Shown here one piece after another: positions 51,238-62,071 of a stretch of 64,000 nucleotides of DNA. The stretch lies in assembly GCA_050951405.1 (NCBI GenBank), contig JBMNIZ010000015.1:163536-227535 (forward strand). The letters run 5' to 3'. Position 1 is the first letter of the stretch. Every line of letters starts with the position of its first letter. This DNA comes from Bacillota bacterium. Its GTDB lineage: Bacteria; Bacillota; DULZ01. Under the pieces are notes generated by a model. It had not been told where the DNA came from and searched no databases. It was given only the letters and a program-made list of their open reading frames with translations. The position numbers and the translations under genes were made by a program.

Positions 51238-52005
51238 TCATAGGATCAGCAGAGACCGGTTGCAGCGGCACTGCTCCTGCGATAAATGGCTGTGGGTGAT
51301 AATGTCCAGAAAGAGTCTTGTCAACTTGGGCTTGTTCCTTTCCACCGCCTCCAGAATTTCCTCCGTGGTCATCTCTTTGGACATACCTGTGCAAAAATTG
51401 GAAATAATGCCCACCCCCGCATAGCAGATGCCCAGTTCCCTGGCCAAAACCACTTCCGGTACACCGGTCATGCCCACCACATGGGCTCCCAACTGCCGAT
51501 ACATGCGGATCTCCGCCGCCGTTTCAAAACGAGGTCCTTCGGTGCAGCAGTAAACAGCTTCGCCGGCAAAGGAAAGACCATGAGCAGGGGCTTTTTCCTG
51601 AAGCAGCTTTCTCAGTACAGGGCAATAAGGCTCGCTAACATCCAAGTGCACCACCTGATCTCCCCCGTCATAAAAAGTTAGAGGGCGGGCTTTGGTAAAA
51701 TCAAGAAAATCTTGAAAAATAACCAGTTCTCCCGGCCACCAGTGGGGATGAGCGGAACCCACCGCATTAGTGGCAAAAATATGAGTGACGGCCAATTCCT
51801 TTAAAGCCCAGAGATTAGCCCGGAAATTGATTTTGTGGGGAGGAGTGGCATGGCCCCTGCCGTGCCTGGGCAAGAAGACAACCTCTCTGTCACCGGCTTT
51901 CTGCACGCTCACTTCCACGCCGCCATAAGGCGTATCGACTCTTTCCCGCCTTTGCTCCCCTTCAAGACCATAGATACCGGTTCCCCCGATAATGGCGGCC
52001 CTCAT
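51238..52005 (-). CDS. mtnP: S-methyl-5'-thioadenosine phosphorylase
   Basis: Start MRAAIIGGTGIYG. PNP/MTAP-family motifs are present. Confidence 0.8.
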   Translation of the reverse strand: MRAAIIGGTGIYGLEGEQRRERVDTPYGGVEVSVQKAGDREVVFLPRHGRGHATPPHKINFRANLWALKELAVTHIFATNAVGSAHPHWWPGELVIFQDFLDFTKARPLTFYDGGDQVVHLDVSEPYCPVLRKLLQEKAPAHGLSFAGEAVYCCTEGPRFETAAEIRMYRQLGAHVVGMTGVPEVVLARELGICYAGVGIISNFCTGMSKEMTTEEILEAVERNKPKLTRLFLDIITHSHLSQEQCRCNRSLLIL

Positions 52006-52055
52006 TTTCCCCCTCCTGTCATACCTCATTCCAACATCATTGCTTCATCGTACTC

Positions 52056-53264
52056 TTACATATTCTCCAGCCGGCTGGCCACTTCTTTCAGAAAATCTTC
52101 GGTATTGACGATGGTTTTCTTTTCCGTTTCCGCCAGTAAAGCCAGATCCTTCGTCATCACTCCCTCTTCAATAGTCTGCAAAGAAGCCTTTTCCAGCCGG
52201 TCAGCAAAATCCATCAAGGCTTGGACACCGTCCAATTCTCCCCTCTTTCTCAGGGCTCCCGTCCAAGCAAAAATTGTGGCTATAGAGTTGGTGGAAGTCT
52301 CTTCACCCTTCAAATGCCGGTAATAATGACGGGTCACCGTACCATGAGCCGCCTCATACTCAAAATGGCCTTCAGGCGAAACCAACACGGAAGTCATCAT
52401 GGCCAGGCTGCCGAAAGAAGCCGCCACCAAATCGGACATCACATCCCCGTCATAGTTCTTGCAGGCCCAAATCATCCCTCCTTCCGAGCGGATAACCCGG
52501 GCCACCGCATCATCAATTAAAGTATAGAAATATTCCAGGTTGGCTGCTTGAAAACGCCCCTGAAATTCTTCTTCATAGACCTGCTGAAAAATATCCATAA
52601 AGGAATGGTCATAAATCTTGGAAATGGTATCCTTAGTGGCAAACCACAAATCCTGCTTGGTACTCAAAGCATATTGAAAGCAGGAACGGGCAAAACTCCT
52701 AATGGAACTGTCCAGATTATGCATGCCCAAGATGACTCCCGGCCCGGTGAACTGGTAGATTTTTTGCCTGACCGTCTTGCCCTGCTCTGAAGTAAAAACC
52801 AATTCCGCCGTGCCGGGCCCATCTACCCGGTACTCCACATCCTTGTAAACATCACCGTAGGCATGCCGGGCGATGGTAATGGGCTTCCGCCAATTTTTCA
52901 CCAGGGGCTTGATATTCTTGACCACAATGGGTGTGCGAAAAACCGTTCCATCCAAAATAGCCCTGATGGTGCCGTTGGGGCTTTTCCACATTTGTTTTAA
53001 ATTATATTCCTTCATCCGCTGGGCATTGGGGGTGATAGTGGCGCATTTTACCGCTACACCCAGCCTTTTTGTAGCCAGAGCCGCATCCACCGTAATTCGG
53101 TCCTCGGTAGCGTCCCGCTGCGGTAAACTCAGGTCGTAGTATTCGGTCTTCAGCTCTATGTAGGGCTCCAGGAGTATTTCCTTGATCTTTTGCCAGATAA
53201 TCCTGGTCATTTCATCCCCATCCATCTCCACTAAAGGAATCTGCATCTTGATTTTTTCGGCCAT
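52056..53264 (-). CDS. icd: NADP-dependent isocitrate dehydrogenase, subfamily II (eukaryotic-type homodimeric)
   Basis: 402 aa, alignable end-to-end with human IDH1 (VEMDGDEMTRIIW, MWKSPNGTIR, IWACKNYDGDV). Confidence 0.9.
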   Translation of the reverse strand: MAEKIKMQIPLVEMDGDEMTRIIWQKIKEILLEPYIELKTEYYDLSLPQRDATEDRITVDAALATKRLGVAVKCATITPNAQRMKEYNLKQMWKSPNGTIRAILDGTVFRTPIVVKNIKPLVKNWRKPITIARHAYGDVYKDVEYRVDGPGTAELVFTSEQGKTVRQKIYQFTGPGVILGMHNLDSSIRSFARSCFQYALSTKQDLWFATKDTISKIYDHSFMDIFQQVYEEEFQGRFQAANLEYFYTLIDDAVARVIRSEGGMIWACKNYDGDVMSDLVAASFGSLAMMTSVLVSPEGHFEYEAAHGTVTRHYYRHLKGEETSTNSIATIFAWTGALRKRGELDGVQALMDFADRLEKASLQTIEEGVMTKDLALLAETEKKTIVNTEDFLKEVASRLENM

Positions 53265-53407
53265 AGCCTCGTCTCCTTCCCGCTGTCTGAAATTGATTAA
53301 CGTCTTCTATAGTTTAGCATAAAAAATAGAGCCAACCAAGCCCGCCCTCGGGATCCAAAAAACGCCTCCCAAGAAACCCGGACCTAAAAATAAGCAACCA
53401 TTAAAAA

Positions 53408-53445
53408 AGACCGCCAACGAATTGGTCAGTTGGCGGGCATCCTGG
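53408..53445 (-). terminator. Intrinsic terminator after the MCP gene (GCCCGCCAAC-loop-GTTGGCGG + UUUUUU)
   Basis: Hairpin plus a U-run on the minus-strand RNA. Confidence 0.45.
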
Positions 53446-53457
53446 TCAAACGATCAT

Positions 53458-54650
53458 TTACTCAACTTTTAACAAATTGCCGCATGAGCTAAGGAGGCTC
53501 TCGCTGGTAAATTTGATATTATTGACAGCTTCAGCGATATGGGCAATGGCCGCTTTTTCTTCCCGGGATAGTGAATGCTATGTTTTCAACGTCCTCCTTG
53601 CTCAACTGGATCTCCTGGGACAAATCCTTCAGGGAAGGCACTATCTCTTCCACCACCTTTTGGATACTTCTCGACGTGGGACTTGATCTTGTCCACAGAA
53701 GCCTGGCTTTCGTTGGCCAGCTTCCTCACTTCCTGAGCCACCACACCAAATCCCCGGCCTTGATCCCCGGCCCGGGCCGCTTCAATAGCTGCATTTAATG
53801 CCAGCAAATTGGTTTGGCTGGAAATATTTCTAATGGTGTCTACCACATTCCCGATGTTAGCCGTTGCTTGGAACAGTACATTGGATATATCCACAATGGA
53901 GGCGACTTTTGTAGTATCTTCGATCATTTTCTGTGCTGACCAGATCAACTGTGCTGGAAGTGGTTTCAATAGAAGCATTGACCTCTTCTATGGCTGCCAC
54001 TATTTGCTCAATTTGATCATTGAGATGTTGGGAGATTTCCCTGGTTTCGCTGGCAAAATGCTCGTAATTCACCTGATAAACAGCCTTCATCAATGCCTTT
54101 GTACTCTCAAAAGTTGCTACTCTGTTTGCTGGTATGATAGTCACGTCTTTTGGCAAGTAAGAGGCATACTTGTTCATCAAATGTCCGCCGGGCCCCACAA
54201 TGGTATCTGCCCCGATAATGTATTTTGCCGTGGAAAGACTCTCAATCACCTGCTGCTGGGGTATCTCATTGTACGGCACGACTATGTAATTAACATGATC
54301 TACGTTATTCTCCCGGCAGTACTCTACAATTTTTTGCCCCTGGGCCGTATTATTGTTGAAAACAATGACATCCTCATTTGCTGGAATCTTCGCAATGGCC
54401 ACATAGAACAGATGCATCCGGAACAAGTTCCAAGGTAACTATTTTTTCCTGGGGTATTTTCTGTGCGGCCTCCGCAACCCTGGTAGGTAGAGCAGCAAAT
54501 AAATCGGCGATGGAATGGTCTGGAACGGATTTAAGCGCCATGGCACTGGAGATAATCTCATGAGGGAAACATTTCCCTAACAACAACTAACAGCTCTTGA
54601 GCCACAGTTTCTGTACTACCAACAGTAACCAGCCTGATTTTCCCTTCCAT
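53458..54650 (-). pseudogene. Cytoplasmic methyl-accepting chemotaxis protein with an unusual N-terminal sensor domain, broken by about five frameshifts
   Basis: Fragments in successive frames: MEGKIRLVTVGSTETVAQELLVVV / KCFPHEIISSAMALK... / HLFYVAIAKIPANEDVIVFNN...TIVGPGGHLMNKYASYL...[12 protein letters not shown] / [14 protein letters not shown]...[33 protein letters not shown] / [14 protein letters not shown]... / EKAAIAHIAEAVNNIKFTSESLL. Confidence 0.6.
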
Positions 54651-54914
54651 TTTCCCCTCTCCTTCATGTAGAAGCCAATTATTCCTCCTATGAAATTCAC
54701 CTGCTGATGAGAGCTGCCGCCGGTAAAACAGCTGATTGCCAATAATTGCTAACGTTATCATGATACAACATTCCCCCGGCCACTGCAAGGGCATGAACCC
54801 TTTTCCGCCGGAAGATCTCCTGCTGTGGGTACTGAGAAAAAAGTAAAGGGCCTCTTCCGGCAAAAGCACCGGAAGAGGCTATCGGGGAAAGTCGCCTTCT
54901 TTATTTCATGCTTA

Positions 54915-56144
54915 TTATTCATTCTCCCCCTGGATTTCCATGTCTTTCATCATCTGCTCCAGGTACTCCTGTTGGCTAATGGCGCCACTTACATCAGGGA
55001 GCTGAATATCCTCGCCAAAACCATACATTTGAGAGTCCCCGGACATCTGTATTTCCACGCTGACGGGGCCCTCAGGACTGATGGTCTCGTCCAGGACCAT
55101 TTTAATCTCCACCGCAAAGGTTCCCCGCTCAGTCAACAATGTCTCTTTGTTGATAAAGGACTCTGAGTAGCAACTTACTTCCATGGAAGCCAAGACACGT
55201 TCCAGCATCTGTTGCATTTCCGCCAGGGCAGCTTCTTCCTCCCCACCGAGGGGTACCTGGAAACCGGCCAATAGGCTGTCCAGATTAAGTTCGCCCAGTA
55301 TCCCTTCCATAATTTCCTTATAGGAGGTAGTATCCAGATAGTTCCTCACGGTAAAATACTCTTGCCCTTCGATGGTCACATCATCCCCGAATACGTATAC
55401 GAGGCCAAATTGGCTCATCATCTCCAAGGATTGCTGGGGAGTGATCTGGAGCAAGTTGGTCAGACTTTCCGTGATGCCCATGCCGCTCAGATCCTGAACA
55501 ATCCATTGATCTGTCAGGGGTATTTTTTGATAGACAGCATTGTCCTTCCAGACCATTTCCGTACTGACGCTATCCAGACCTAACAAAGCTTTTTCTTCTT
55601 CCGTCAATTCCATTTCTTCTAAAGGAAGATTCATGGTCTGCTTCAGATGCATGGCCAGGGGCTCGTATTGAAAGGCCCCTTCCAAATCCATAGTCATTTC
55701 AGGCATTTCCGGGATAGGGCTTTCAGCCGGTCCGGCAATGTTCATTTTTAAGATAGCGCTGCCTTTGAACTTGGAAGTGTTCAGCTCCTGCTGCAGCCTG
55801 GTGGATTCCGCTATTAACTCGGCAGCAGACCATTCACCATGTTTTTCCCGCCAGGAAACCAGAACTTGTTTCTTGCTTCCGTCCCAATCCACTTTTCCTC
55901 CCAAGCCGGTAAAGAACTCACGGATGGGGACATAATCCGGCTCTTCAACGCTGATACCCGGTATCTTGTTCAATGCATCCGCGGCAATGTAAGAAATTCC
56001 TTTTTCCACATAAACGTCAGCTTTGTACAACTGGCCATTAAACACTAAGTCCACCTGTTCACCGGCAGCAGCCGCCGGCACTGATAAAATCAGAAGCAGC
56101 AGTCCCGTTAGCAGCAATCCGCCAAGCTTTTTCCCAAACCTCAT
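54915..56144 (-). CDS. Secreted copper-amine-oxidase N-terminal-domain protein of unknown function
   Basis: Start MRFGKKLGG with a GGGGGAGG RBS and a signal peptide. A Cu_amine_oxidN1-like stalk is present. Confidence 0.65.
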   Translation of the reverse strand: MRFGKKLGGLLLTGLLLLILSVPAAAAGEQVDLVFNGQLYKADVYVEKGISYIAADALNKIPGISVEEPDYVPIREFFTGLGGKVDWDGSKKQVLVSWREKHGEWSAAELIAESTRLQQELNTSKFKGSAILKMNIAGPAESPIPEMPEMTMDLEGAFQYEPLAMHLKQTMNLPLEEMELTEEEKALLGLDSVSTEMVWKDNAVYQKIPLTDQWIVQDLSGMGITESLTNLLQITPQQSLEMMSQFGLVYVFGDDVTIEGQEYFTVRNYLDTTSYKEIMEGILGELNLDSLLAGFQVPLGGEEEAALAEMQQMLERVLASMEVSCYSESFINKETLLTERGTFAVEIKMVLDETISPEGPVSVEIQMSGDSQMYGFGEDIQLPDVSGAISQQEYLEQMMKDMEIQGENE

Positions 56145-56401
56145 TTTTCCTCCCCCTGTCTCACTTGTTGGAACCACCTTTCCGGTTTCATTATAATTTC
56201 ATTATAAGCTATCCGGATGCTTAAGTCCATGCCCATCCCGGCGGATACAGTCTTTTCCAGGTGCACAGCTTGACAGGATGGCGTTCAATGCATATAATGA
56301 AGCTGCAGGTGCAAAATAGACGAAAACCCTTGAGATTGGTTGCAGCAATGTCCCTACCAACAGACAAGGGTTTATTTTTTCCGGAGCTTGGGGGTCGGGC
56401 G

Positions 56402-56875
56402 GTGACTGGGAAAGCAATCAAAATTGTAACCGAAAACCGTAAAGCCAGACATGAATATTTCATCGAAGAAACCCTTGAAGCGGGAATGGTCTTGACGGGC
56501 ACAGAAGCAAAATCGCTCCGGGCGGGCAAAGCCAGCCTGCAGGATAGCTTTGCTCGGGTTGAAAATGGGGAAGTCTTTCTTTACAATATGCACATCAGCC
56601 CCTATGAAAGGGGCAATCGCTTTAACCATGACCCGAAAAGAACAAGGAAACTTCTGCTGAACAAAAGTGAGATTCGTCGTCTCATCGGCAAGACCCGGGA
56701 AAAAGGTTTTACCCTGATCCCCTTGAAAGCATATTTTAATTCCCGGGGTTTCGCTAAACTGGAACTGGCTTTAGCCCGGGGCAAGAAGCTTTGGGATAAA
56801 AGAGAAGACATTGCCGCCCGGGATGCTAAGCGCGAAATGGAAAGAGCTTTCCGGGACAGGCAGAAGTTAGGCTAA
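56402..56875 (+). CDS. smpB: SsrA-binding protein
   Basis: Carries [12 protein letters not shown]...[14 protein letters not shown]...KRTRKLLL motifs. The start is uncertain: GTG at 56402 or ATG at 56348. Confidence 0.8.
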   Translation: MTGKAIKIVTENRKARHEYFIEETLEAGMVLTGTEAKSLRAGKASLQDSFARVENGEVFLYNMHISPYERGNRFNHDPKRTRKLLLNKSEIRRLIGKTREKGFTLIPLKAYFNSRGFAKLELALARGKKLWDKREDIAARDAKREMERAFRDRQKLG

Positions 56876-56911
56876 GAGTGGAAAAAAGGACGAAAATGGG
56901 CATAATAGACA

Positions 56912-57265
56912 TGGGGGCGTACTGGTTTCGACGGGGGATGGTATTGGCGAAAGTAGCCAGGCGGGGTTCCATCAGCCCGTAATACGGTGGATCTAAATTA
57001 AACGCCAAAGAAAATTACGCTTTAGCTGCTTAGTTAGCGGCTAACCTTCTACCTACTGCTCCCGCGGTGTAGGATAGAGGGGCGACAGAGCGGGATACTC
57101 CGGATAGACCGATCGCTATATCCGGGGGAAAAAGAAGCGATCTAGCGGAAAACCTCTCCTGTCCTTGGGAGAAGTTTTTGGCGAAACCCTAAACAAGGAC
57201 TATCCTGGTAGAAGCTTTCGTGGGTACTCCTTCGGACGGGGGTTCGATTCCCCCCGCCTCCACCA
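56912..57265 (+). ncRNA. ssrA: tmRNA (ssrA); tag reading frame ...AKENYALAA-stop
   Basis: 5' end GGGGGCGUACUGGUUUCGACGGGGGAUGG. 3' tRNA-like end GGACGGGGGUUCGAUUCCCCCCGCCUCCACCA. Internal ORF GCC AAA GAA AAT TAC GCT TTA GCT GCT TAG. Confidence 0.9.
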
Positions 57266-57292
57266 AAATACAACGAAAATATTGATTTAATA

Positions 57293-57332
57293 AAAGCCCC
57301 TCAAGAGGATGGGGCTTTCAGCTTTTTCGAGC
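57293..57332 (+). terminator. Intrinsic terminator after ssrA (AGCCCC-loop-GGGGCT + TTTCAGCTTTTT)
   Basis: Hairpin plus a T-run. A second, weaker hairpin lies at 57340..57368. Confidence 0.55.
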
Positions 57333-57547
57333 ATCACTTTCAGTGGTGCTTTTTTATTTTTGTAATCTTTTGCACTCTACAGTTGAAAAAATCATCCTCG
57401 ACAGTCTATTTTTAAAAATAAAAATAATTTATAAGGCCGGCAAAGACCATTTATACATTTAATTGGATTTATTGTATGCCCTTATATATAATTTATAAAC
57501 GCTGAATAAAAAACAATAAATATATTTTTGGAGGGCGGTTCGTTCCT

Positions 57548-58180
57548 ATGAGTCTACTGGAGGCAATCAGCGATGCCATTCTCAGGCAAAATGAAGAAGA
57601 AACCGTTTCTTTGGTGCATAAGGCTTTGGAAGAGGGATATCCGCCCCTGGAAATCATGAATAATGCCTTAATCCCCGGCATCTATGCAGTCGGTGAAAGG
57701 TTTAGAGACGGGATCTACTTCATTCCGGAAATGATCTGCGGGGCTGCAGCCATGCAGAAGGGAATGGATGTTCTGAGGCCCTTGATCGCATCGGAGCCGG
57801 ATCACTTTGACGGCAAGGTGGTCATTGGAACAATTGCCGGAGATATGCATGACATCGGCAAGAATATCGTGGCCATCATGCTGAAATCCGCCGGATTTCA
57901 TGTTTTTGATCTGGGCTGTGACGTGCCGGCAAAAGCATTTGTTGATGCGGCGGAAAAAAACGAAGCTGATCTGGTGGGGATCTCCGCACTGCTCAGCTCC
58001 ACCATGCTTTCCATTCCGGATGTGATCGATGAACTCAGCAAACGGGGCCTGCGGGATCGCGTAAAAGTCATTGTCGGCGGTGCGGCTGTTACCCAAACAT
58101 TTGCAGATCGCATTGGCGCGGACGGTTATGCGGAAGATGCCATGAATGCTGTTCGGGTGGCTCAAGATTTAATTAAGTAA
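57548..58180 (+). CDS. Corrinoid (cobalamin)-binding protein of a methyltransferase system (DxHxxG motif GDMHDIGKNIV)
   Basis: B12-binding N-terminal helical cap plus a Rossmann domain, about 210 aa. Confidence 0.85.
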   Translation: MSLLEAISDAILRQNEEETVSLVHKALEEGYPPLEIMNNALIPGIYAVGERFRDGIYFIPEMICGAAAMQKGMDVLRPLIASEPDHFDGKVVIGTIAGDMHDIGKNIVAIMLKSAGFHVFDLGCDVPAKAFVDAAEKNEADLVGISALLSSTMLSIPDVIDELSKRGLRDRVKVIVGGAAVTQTFADRIGADGYAEDAMNAVRVAQDLIK

Positions 58181-58192
58181 GGATGAAAGGTC

Positions 58193-60166
58193 ATGATGGT
58201 AAAAAAAGTGATTTGCGGCCTTTGTGCCTGTAATTGTATTTTAAAAGCTCACTGTGACAAAGAAGGCCTTTTGCCAAACATCAAGGGAGATGAAAATAGT
58301 ATTACAGGGGGCTTTTCCTGCATTAAGGGCCGGTCCATAGCTAAAATCGCCAGGAGTAAAAACCGCCTGCAAACCCCCTTGCTCAAAAAGCCCAGTGGAG
58401 AATTTGTGCCGATTACCATTGATGAAGCATTGGACCGGCTTGCAGAAGAAATGCTCACCATTAAAAAGGACTTCGGCCCATCTGCTTTTGCTTTTCACAG
58501 CGGCCAAGCGGGAGTGCGCAGGCAGTTTTCCCGGTTGACAGCTTATACGGCCAAGCTTTTTGGTTCTGTCAATTATTCAGGTATCGGTGCTACCTGCAAT
58601 ATTTCCAAACGCTTGGCATATCACCTGACGCTGGGGGCTTTCCCAAAATGCAATTATAAAAAGGCAAAAACCATTGTTTTATGGGGTCATAATGCCCCCC
58701 ATACCCATCCTTACGATTGGCATGTCATCAACAGCAGGTGCAATCAGAAGGCCAAGCTGATTATTATTGATCCCCAAAAAACTCCTGCCTGCAGGTCGGG
58801 CGTGCTTCACTTGCCTTTAATCCCAGGGACGGATATTTACTTGGCTTGGGCAATGCTCAAAATTGCCGTGGACAACAAATGGCAGCAATCCGCCCTGGAA
58901 GATAAGCTAAAGGGGCTGCCGGAACTAATTGATGCTCTAAATGAATTTGACGCCGTTGAGCTCTGCCGTATTTGCGGCCTGGCCTATGAAAATGTCCATG
59001 AAGCGACAAGGCGGATCATGAAGGAAAAACCTGCAACCATAATGGTCGGAACTGCTGTAGAACTACAGCGGCACGGTTTTCAGGCAGCACGGGCCATTGC
59101 CCTTTTACAGGCCTTAGCAGGATTGGAAGCTCTGGCCTTTTGCCCCAAGCCATCATACAAGCAATTTCCCGTTCAAGCCCATGGGGAAGGAACAATGGTA
59201 GGGTCTTCCCAGTATCCCCTTTTCACCGAATTTGCCGGTTATGCCCAAAGCAACTTATTATTAAAAAGCATTGAAAATAACGATGTGAAAGGATTGTTGG
59301 TGGTTGGGGGCAATCCGCTGCTAACCTGGACGGATGCGGCAAGAAACAAAGAGGCCTTCTCGAGGCTTCAATTTTTGGCTGTGATGGATAATTTTCTGAC
59401 TGCCACCGCCAAAGAGGCGGATTTAATCATCCCGGCAGCCAGTCCCGGGGAAAAATATGAGCTGATTGAATGCATTTCCAGTGAAGGAGATGTGTACATA
59501 AACCTGTCTGAACCCATCCTGCCTCCTTTGGCCATCAATGAGGTGGAATTTTTTAAAGGCCTGGCGGAAAGATTGGGTTTTGGCCATGCCATGCCCTGGA
59601 ACAATTCCTGGGAATTTTTTAATTACCTGCTGGAGCCCTTGCAGCTGGATTGTGAGAAACTGCTGGAAACTCCAAATGGAAGTTTTTATGCTTCCGGTAT
59701 GAAGTGGGAAGATTTAAAAAACGGCTGGGACGGAATAAATATTGTAGCGCCTACACTAAAAGCATACGGGCATCAAGTACCGCCTGTTCCTCCCAAATAC
59801 AGTGTCCCCGCCGAAAATAAAGTGATTTTAACCACTTGTGACAAGCCGAAGGAATTGGTGCACACCCGCTATCGCTCGGTGGACAGCTTAGCAAAAAACC
59901 ACAAGCCGGTAATCAAACTGGCTTCACGAACGGCTCGGAAACATGGCATCAAAACAGGAGACATGGTAGAGGTCAGCCGCAACAATTATTGTCTTATTGC
60001 CGAGGCAAGGGTTTCTGATGATGTGATTGGAGCGGATGCAGTACTCGGCCACGGCTGGGAGGAGCTTAATGTCAATGCTTTCACCAGCCTGGCCGAATTG
60101 GATGCGGTTACCGGCTTTCCCCATGCGGTCGGAATAGAGGTCACCATCAAAAAATACAGGGGGTAA
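58193..60166 (+). CDS. Cytoplasmic molybdopterin (bis-MGD) oxidoreductase with an N-terminal 4Fe-4S cluster; substrate unknown
   Basis: CGLCACNC...GGFSCIKG in the FdhF-like N-terminal position, a MopB core, a C-terminal molybdopterin-binding barrel, and no Tat signal. Confidence 0.8.
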   Translation: MMVKKVICGLCACNCILKAHCDKEGLLPNIKGDENSITGGFSCIKGRSIAKIARSKNRLQTPLLKKPSGEFVPITIDEALDRLAEEMLTIKKDFGPSAFAFHSGQAGVRRQFSRLTAYTAKLFGSVNYSGIGATCNISKRLAYHLTLGAFPKCNYKKAKTIVLWGHNAPHTHPYDWHVINSRCNQKAKLIIIDPQKTPACRSGVLHLPLIPGTDIYLAWAMLKIAVDNKWQQSALEDKLKGLPELIDALNEFDAVELCRICGLAYENVHEATRRIMKEKPATIMVGTAVELQRHGFQAARAIALLQALAGLEALAFCPKPSYKQFPVQAHGEGTMVGSSQYPLFTEFAGYAQSNLLLKSIENNDVKGLLVVGGNPLLTWTDAARNKEAFSRLQFLAVMDNFLTATAKEADLIIPAASPGEKYELIECISSEGDVYINLSEPILPPLAINEVEFFKGLAERLGFGHAMPWNNSWEFFNYLLEPLQLDCEKLLETPNGSFYASGMKWEDLKNGWDGINIVAPTLKAYGHQVPPVPPKYSVPAENKVILTTCDKPKELVHTRYRSVDSLAKNHKPVIKLASRTARKHGIKTGDMVEVSRNNYCLIAEARVSDDVIGADAVLGHGWEELNVNAFTSLAELDAVTGFPHAVGIEVTIKKYRG

Positions 60167-60170
60167 CAAT

Positions 60171-61208
60171 TTGAAAGAGCTTACGAAAAGGGAGAAGATC
60201 ATTAATACCTTGGAGGGAAAGAAAACCGGCTATATTCCCGTTATTCCTTCTGCCACTACCTTTGCCCTGGCACGCTCTCCACATTCCCCCGAAGATTGCA
60301 AAAAGGATTCCCGCAAGTTTGCGGACGCCATGGTCTCCGCCCGCAAGGAGTTCAATTATGACGGACTGTGGGCAGGCTTATTTCAAGGGGTTACATCCTT
60401 TCTGGGAGGCGGCTTAATCGATAAGCACGGGAAAAAATCCGTGAGCGGAAACGGGACGGTGCGTCAGCCGGAAGATATGAAAAAACTGCGCCCTTTCCAT
60501 GTTGATTTATGCGAAGCTCTGCACCATATTATGGAAAATATTGCCTTGTTAAAAAAACTGGAACCGGCTGAGCCGGTATTGGTCATTGTCGACAATCCTT
60601 CCATGGTGGCTGCAGCTTTGATGGATGAAGAAAATTATTACTTTAACCTGATCAAAAATCCGGCCTTTATTCGGGATCTTACAGAGCTGGTTTTTGACCC
60701 CTTGTTGCTCTGTGTGAAAAAAATAATTGAGGCCGGAGCGGATATTATTTGGCTGCCTTTACCCTCGATTGGCGGCACCTGCATCTCCCGTCAACATTAT
60801 GAGACATTCTGCATGCCATATAACAAGAGATTTAACGAGGCTATTATCGCCCAAGGGGCACATCTGATTGTCCATACCTGCGGCAACTGGAATGACCGCT
60901 TTGATCTAGTAACCACGGAAGGTGCCCATTGTTTGCATGTCTCGCAAGCAGATTTGGGGGAATTGAAAAAAAATTACGGAAAGAAAGTGGCCTTAATGGG
61001 ACAGGTGCCTTCCATTTCCGTGATGATGCTGGGCGATGCTGATCTGGTTCTAAAGACAGGAATTCAGGATTGCTTGCAAGGGGCAGAAAATGGCGGCTTC
61101 ATCCTCAGCGCGGATTGCGGTTTGCCCGGAAAGACTCCTGAGGAAAACATTCGGGCCCTGGTGAGGGCCGCCAGAGAGGCTGAACAGCTGCTGTCCGGGA
61201 AATGCTGA
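60171..61208 (+). CDS. Uroporphyrinogen-decarboxylase-family methyltransferase (MtaA/MtbA/MtsA-like) with a Zn motif H-x-C...C
   Basis: URO-D fold. The putative Zn ligands are HTCGN and ADCGLPG, about 75 aa apart. Confidence 0.8.
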   Translation: MKELTKREKIINTLEGKKTGYIPVIPSATTFALARSPHSPEDCKKDSRKFADAMVSARKEFNYDGLWAGLFQGVTSFLGGGLIDKHGKKSVSGNGTVRQPEDMKKLRPFHVDLCEALHHIMENIALLKKLEPAEPVLVIVDNPSMVAAALMDEENYYFNLIKNPAFIRDLTELVFDPLLLCVKKIIEAGADIIWLPLPSIGGTCISRQHYETFCMPYNKRFNEAIIAQGAHLIVHTCGNWNDRFDLVTTEGAHCLHVSQADLGELKKNYGKKVALMGQVPSISVMMLGDADLVLKTGIQDCLQGAENGGFILSADCGLPGKTPEENIRALVRAAREAEQLLSGKC

Positions 61209-61240
61209 TTTGTATAGTTTGAATCAATTGCTGAAATGAG

Positions 61241-62071
61241 GTGATCAAAATGACGAGAAGCATCAAACTGTCTTTACGCAATATTTCCCATTTCTATAAG
61301 GACACCACCGGGCAAGAGATGGAGGCCATTAGAAACATCAGCTTGGACGTTTATGACGAAGAATTTATCGCCATCGTCGGTCCCAGCGGCTGTGGAAAAA
61401 GCACTTTATTAAATATCATGTGCGGTATGCTGCGGCCCACATCCGGCACGGTGATGTTGGACGACAGGGATCTAAAAACTGCTAAAAGCAAGATCGGCTA
61501 CATTTCCCAAATGGATACTTTGTTTCCTTGGCGAAAAATAATCGATAACGTTGCTTTGGGGCTGGAATTGGAGGGAGTTCCCCAGAAGGAGCGCTTACGC
61601 ATCGCCCGGGAGCTCATGGAAACCAGCGGATTGAGAGGTTTTGAAGATAAGTATCCCTTTGAGCTCTCCGGCGGCATGAGGAAACGGGCAGTGATTATCC
61701 GGGCTTTGGCCCAGGATCCGGACATTATTTTTATGGACGAACCTTTCGGGCCATTGGATGTATTTACGAAAGCCTTGCTGCAGCAAGAAATACTGCGCAT
61801 CTGGTCTGAGCGCAAAAATACCATTATTTACATTACCCATGATATAGCAGAAGCAATCTTGTTGGCAGATCGGATCATTTTACTCAGTTACCGGCCGGCA
61901 ATAATAAAAAAGGAATACCAAGTTAATATAGCCAGACCCCGTATTATAGAAGAGTGCAAATACAATCCATATTTTTCAGAGTTGGAAAGAGAAATCTGGG
62001 AGGCCATTAAGGAAGATGTTAAAATTGCTCAGGAGGAAGAACTGCGCCAATATGATCAAAAAATTGTCTAA
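61241..62071 (+). CDS. ABC transporter ATP-binding protein (NitT/TauT; SsuB/TauB-like)
   Basis: Walker A (GPSGCGKST) and signature (LSGGMRKRAVIIRAL) motifs. Confidence 0.85.
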   Translation: MIKMTRSIKLSLRNISHFYKDTTGQEMEAIRNISLDVYDEEFIAIVGPSGCGKSTLLNIMCGMLRPTSGTVMLDDRDLKTAKSKIGYISQMDTLFPWRKIIDNVALGLELEGVPQKERLRIARELMETSGLRGFEDKYPFELSGGMRKRAVIIRALAQDPDIIFMDEPFGPLDVFTKALLQQEILRIWSERKNTIIYITHDIAEAILLADRIILLSYRPAIIKKEYQVNIARPRIIEECKYNPYFSELEREIWEAIKEDVKIAQEEELRQYDQKIV

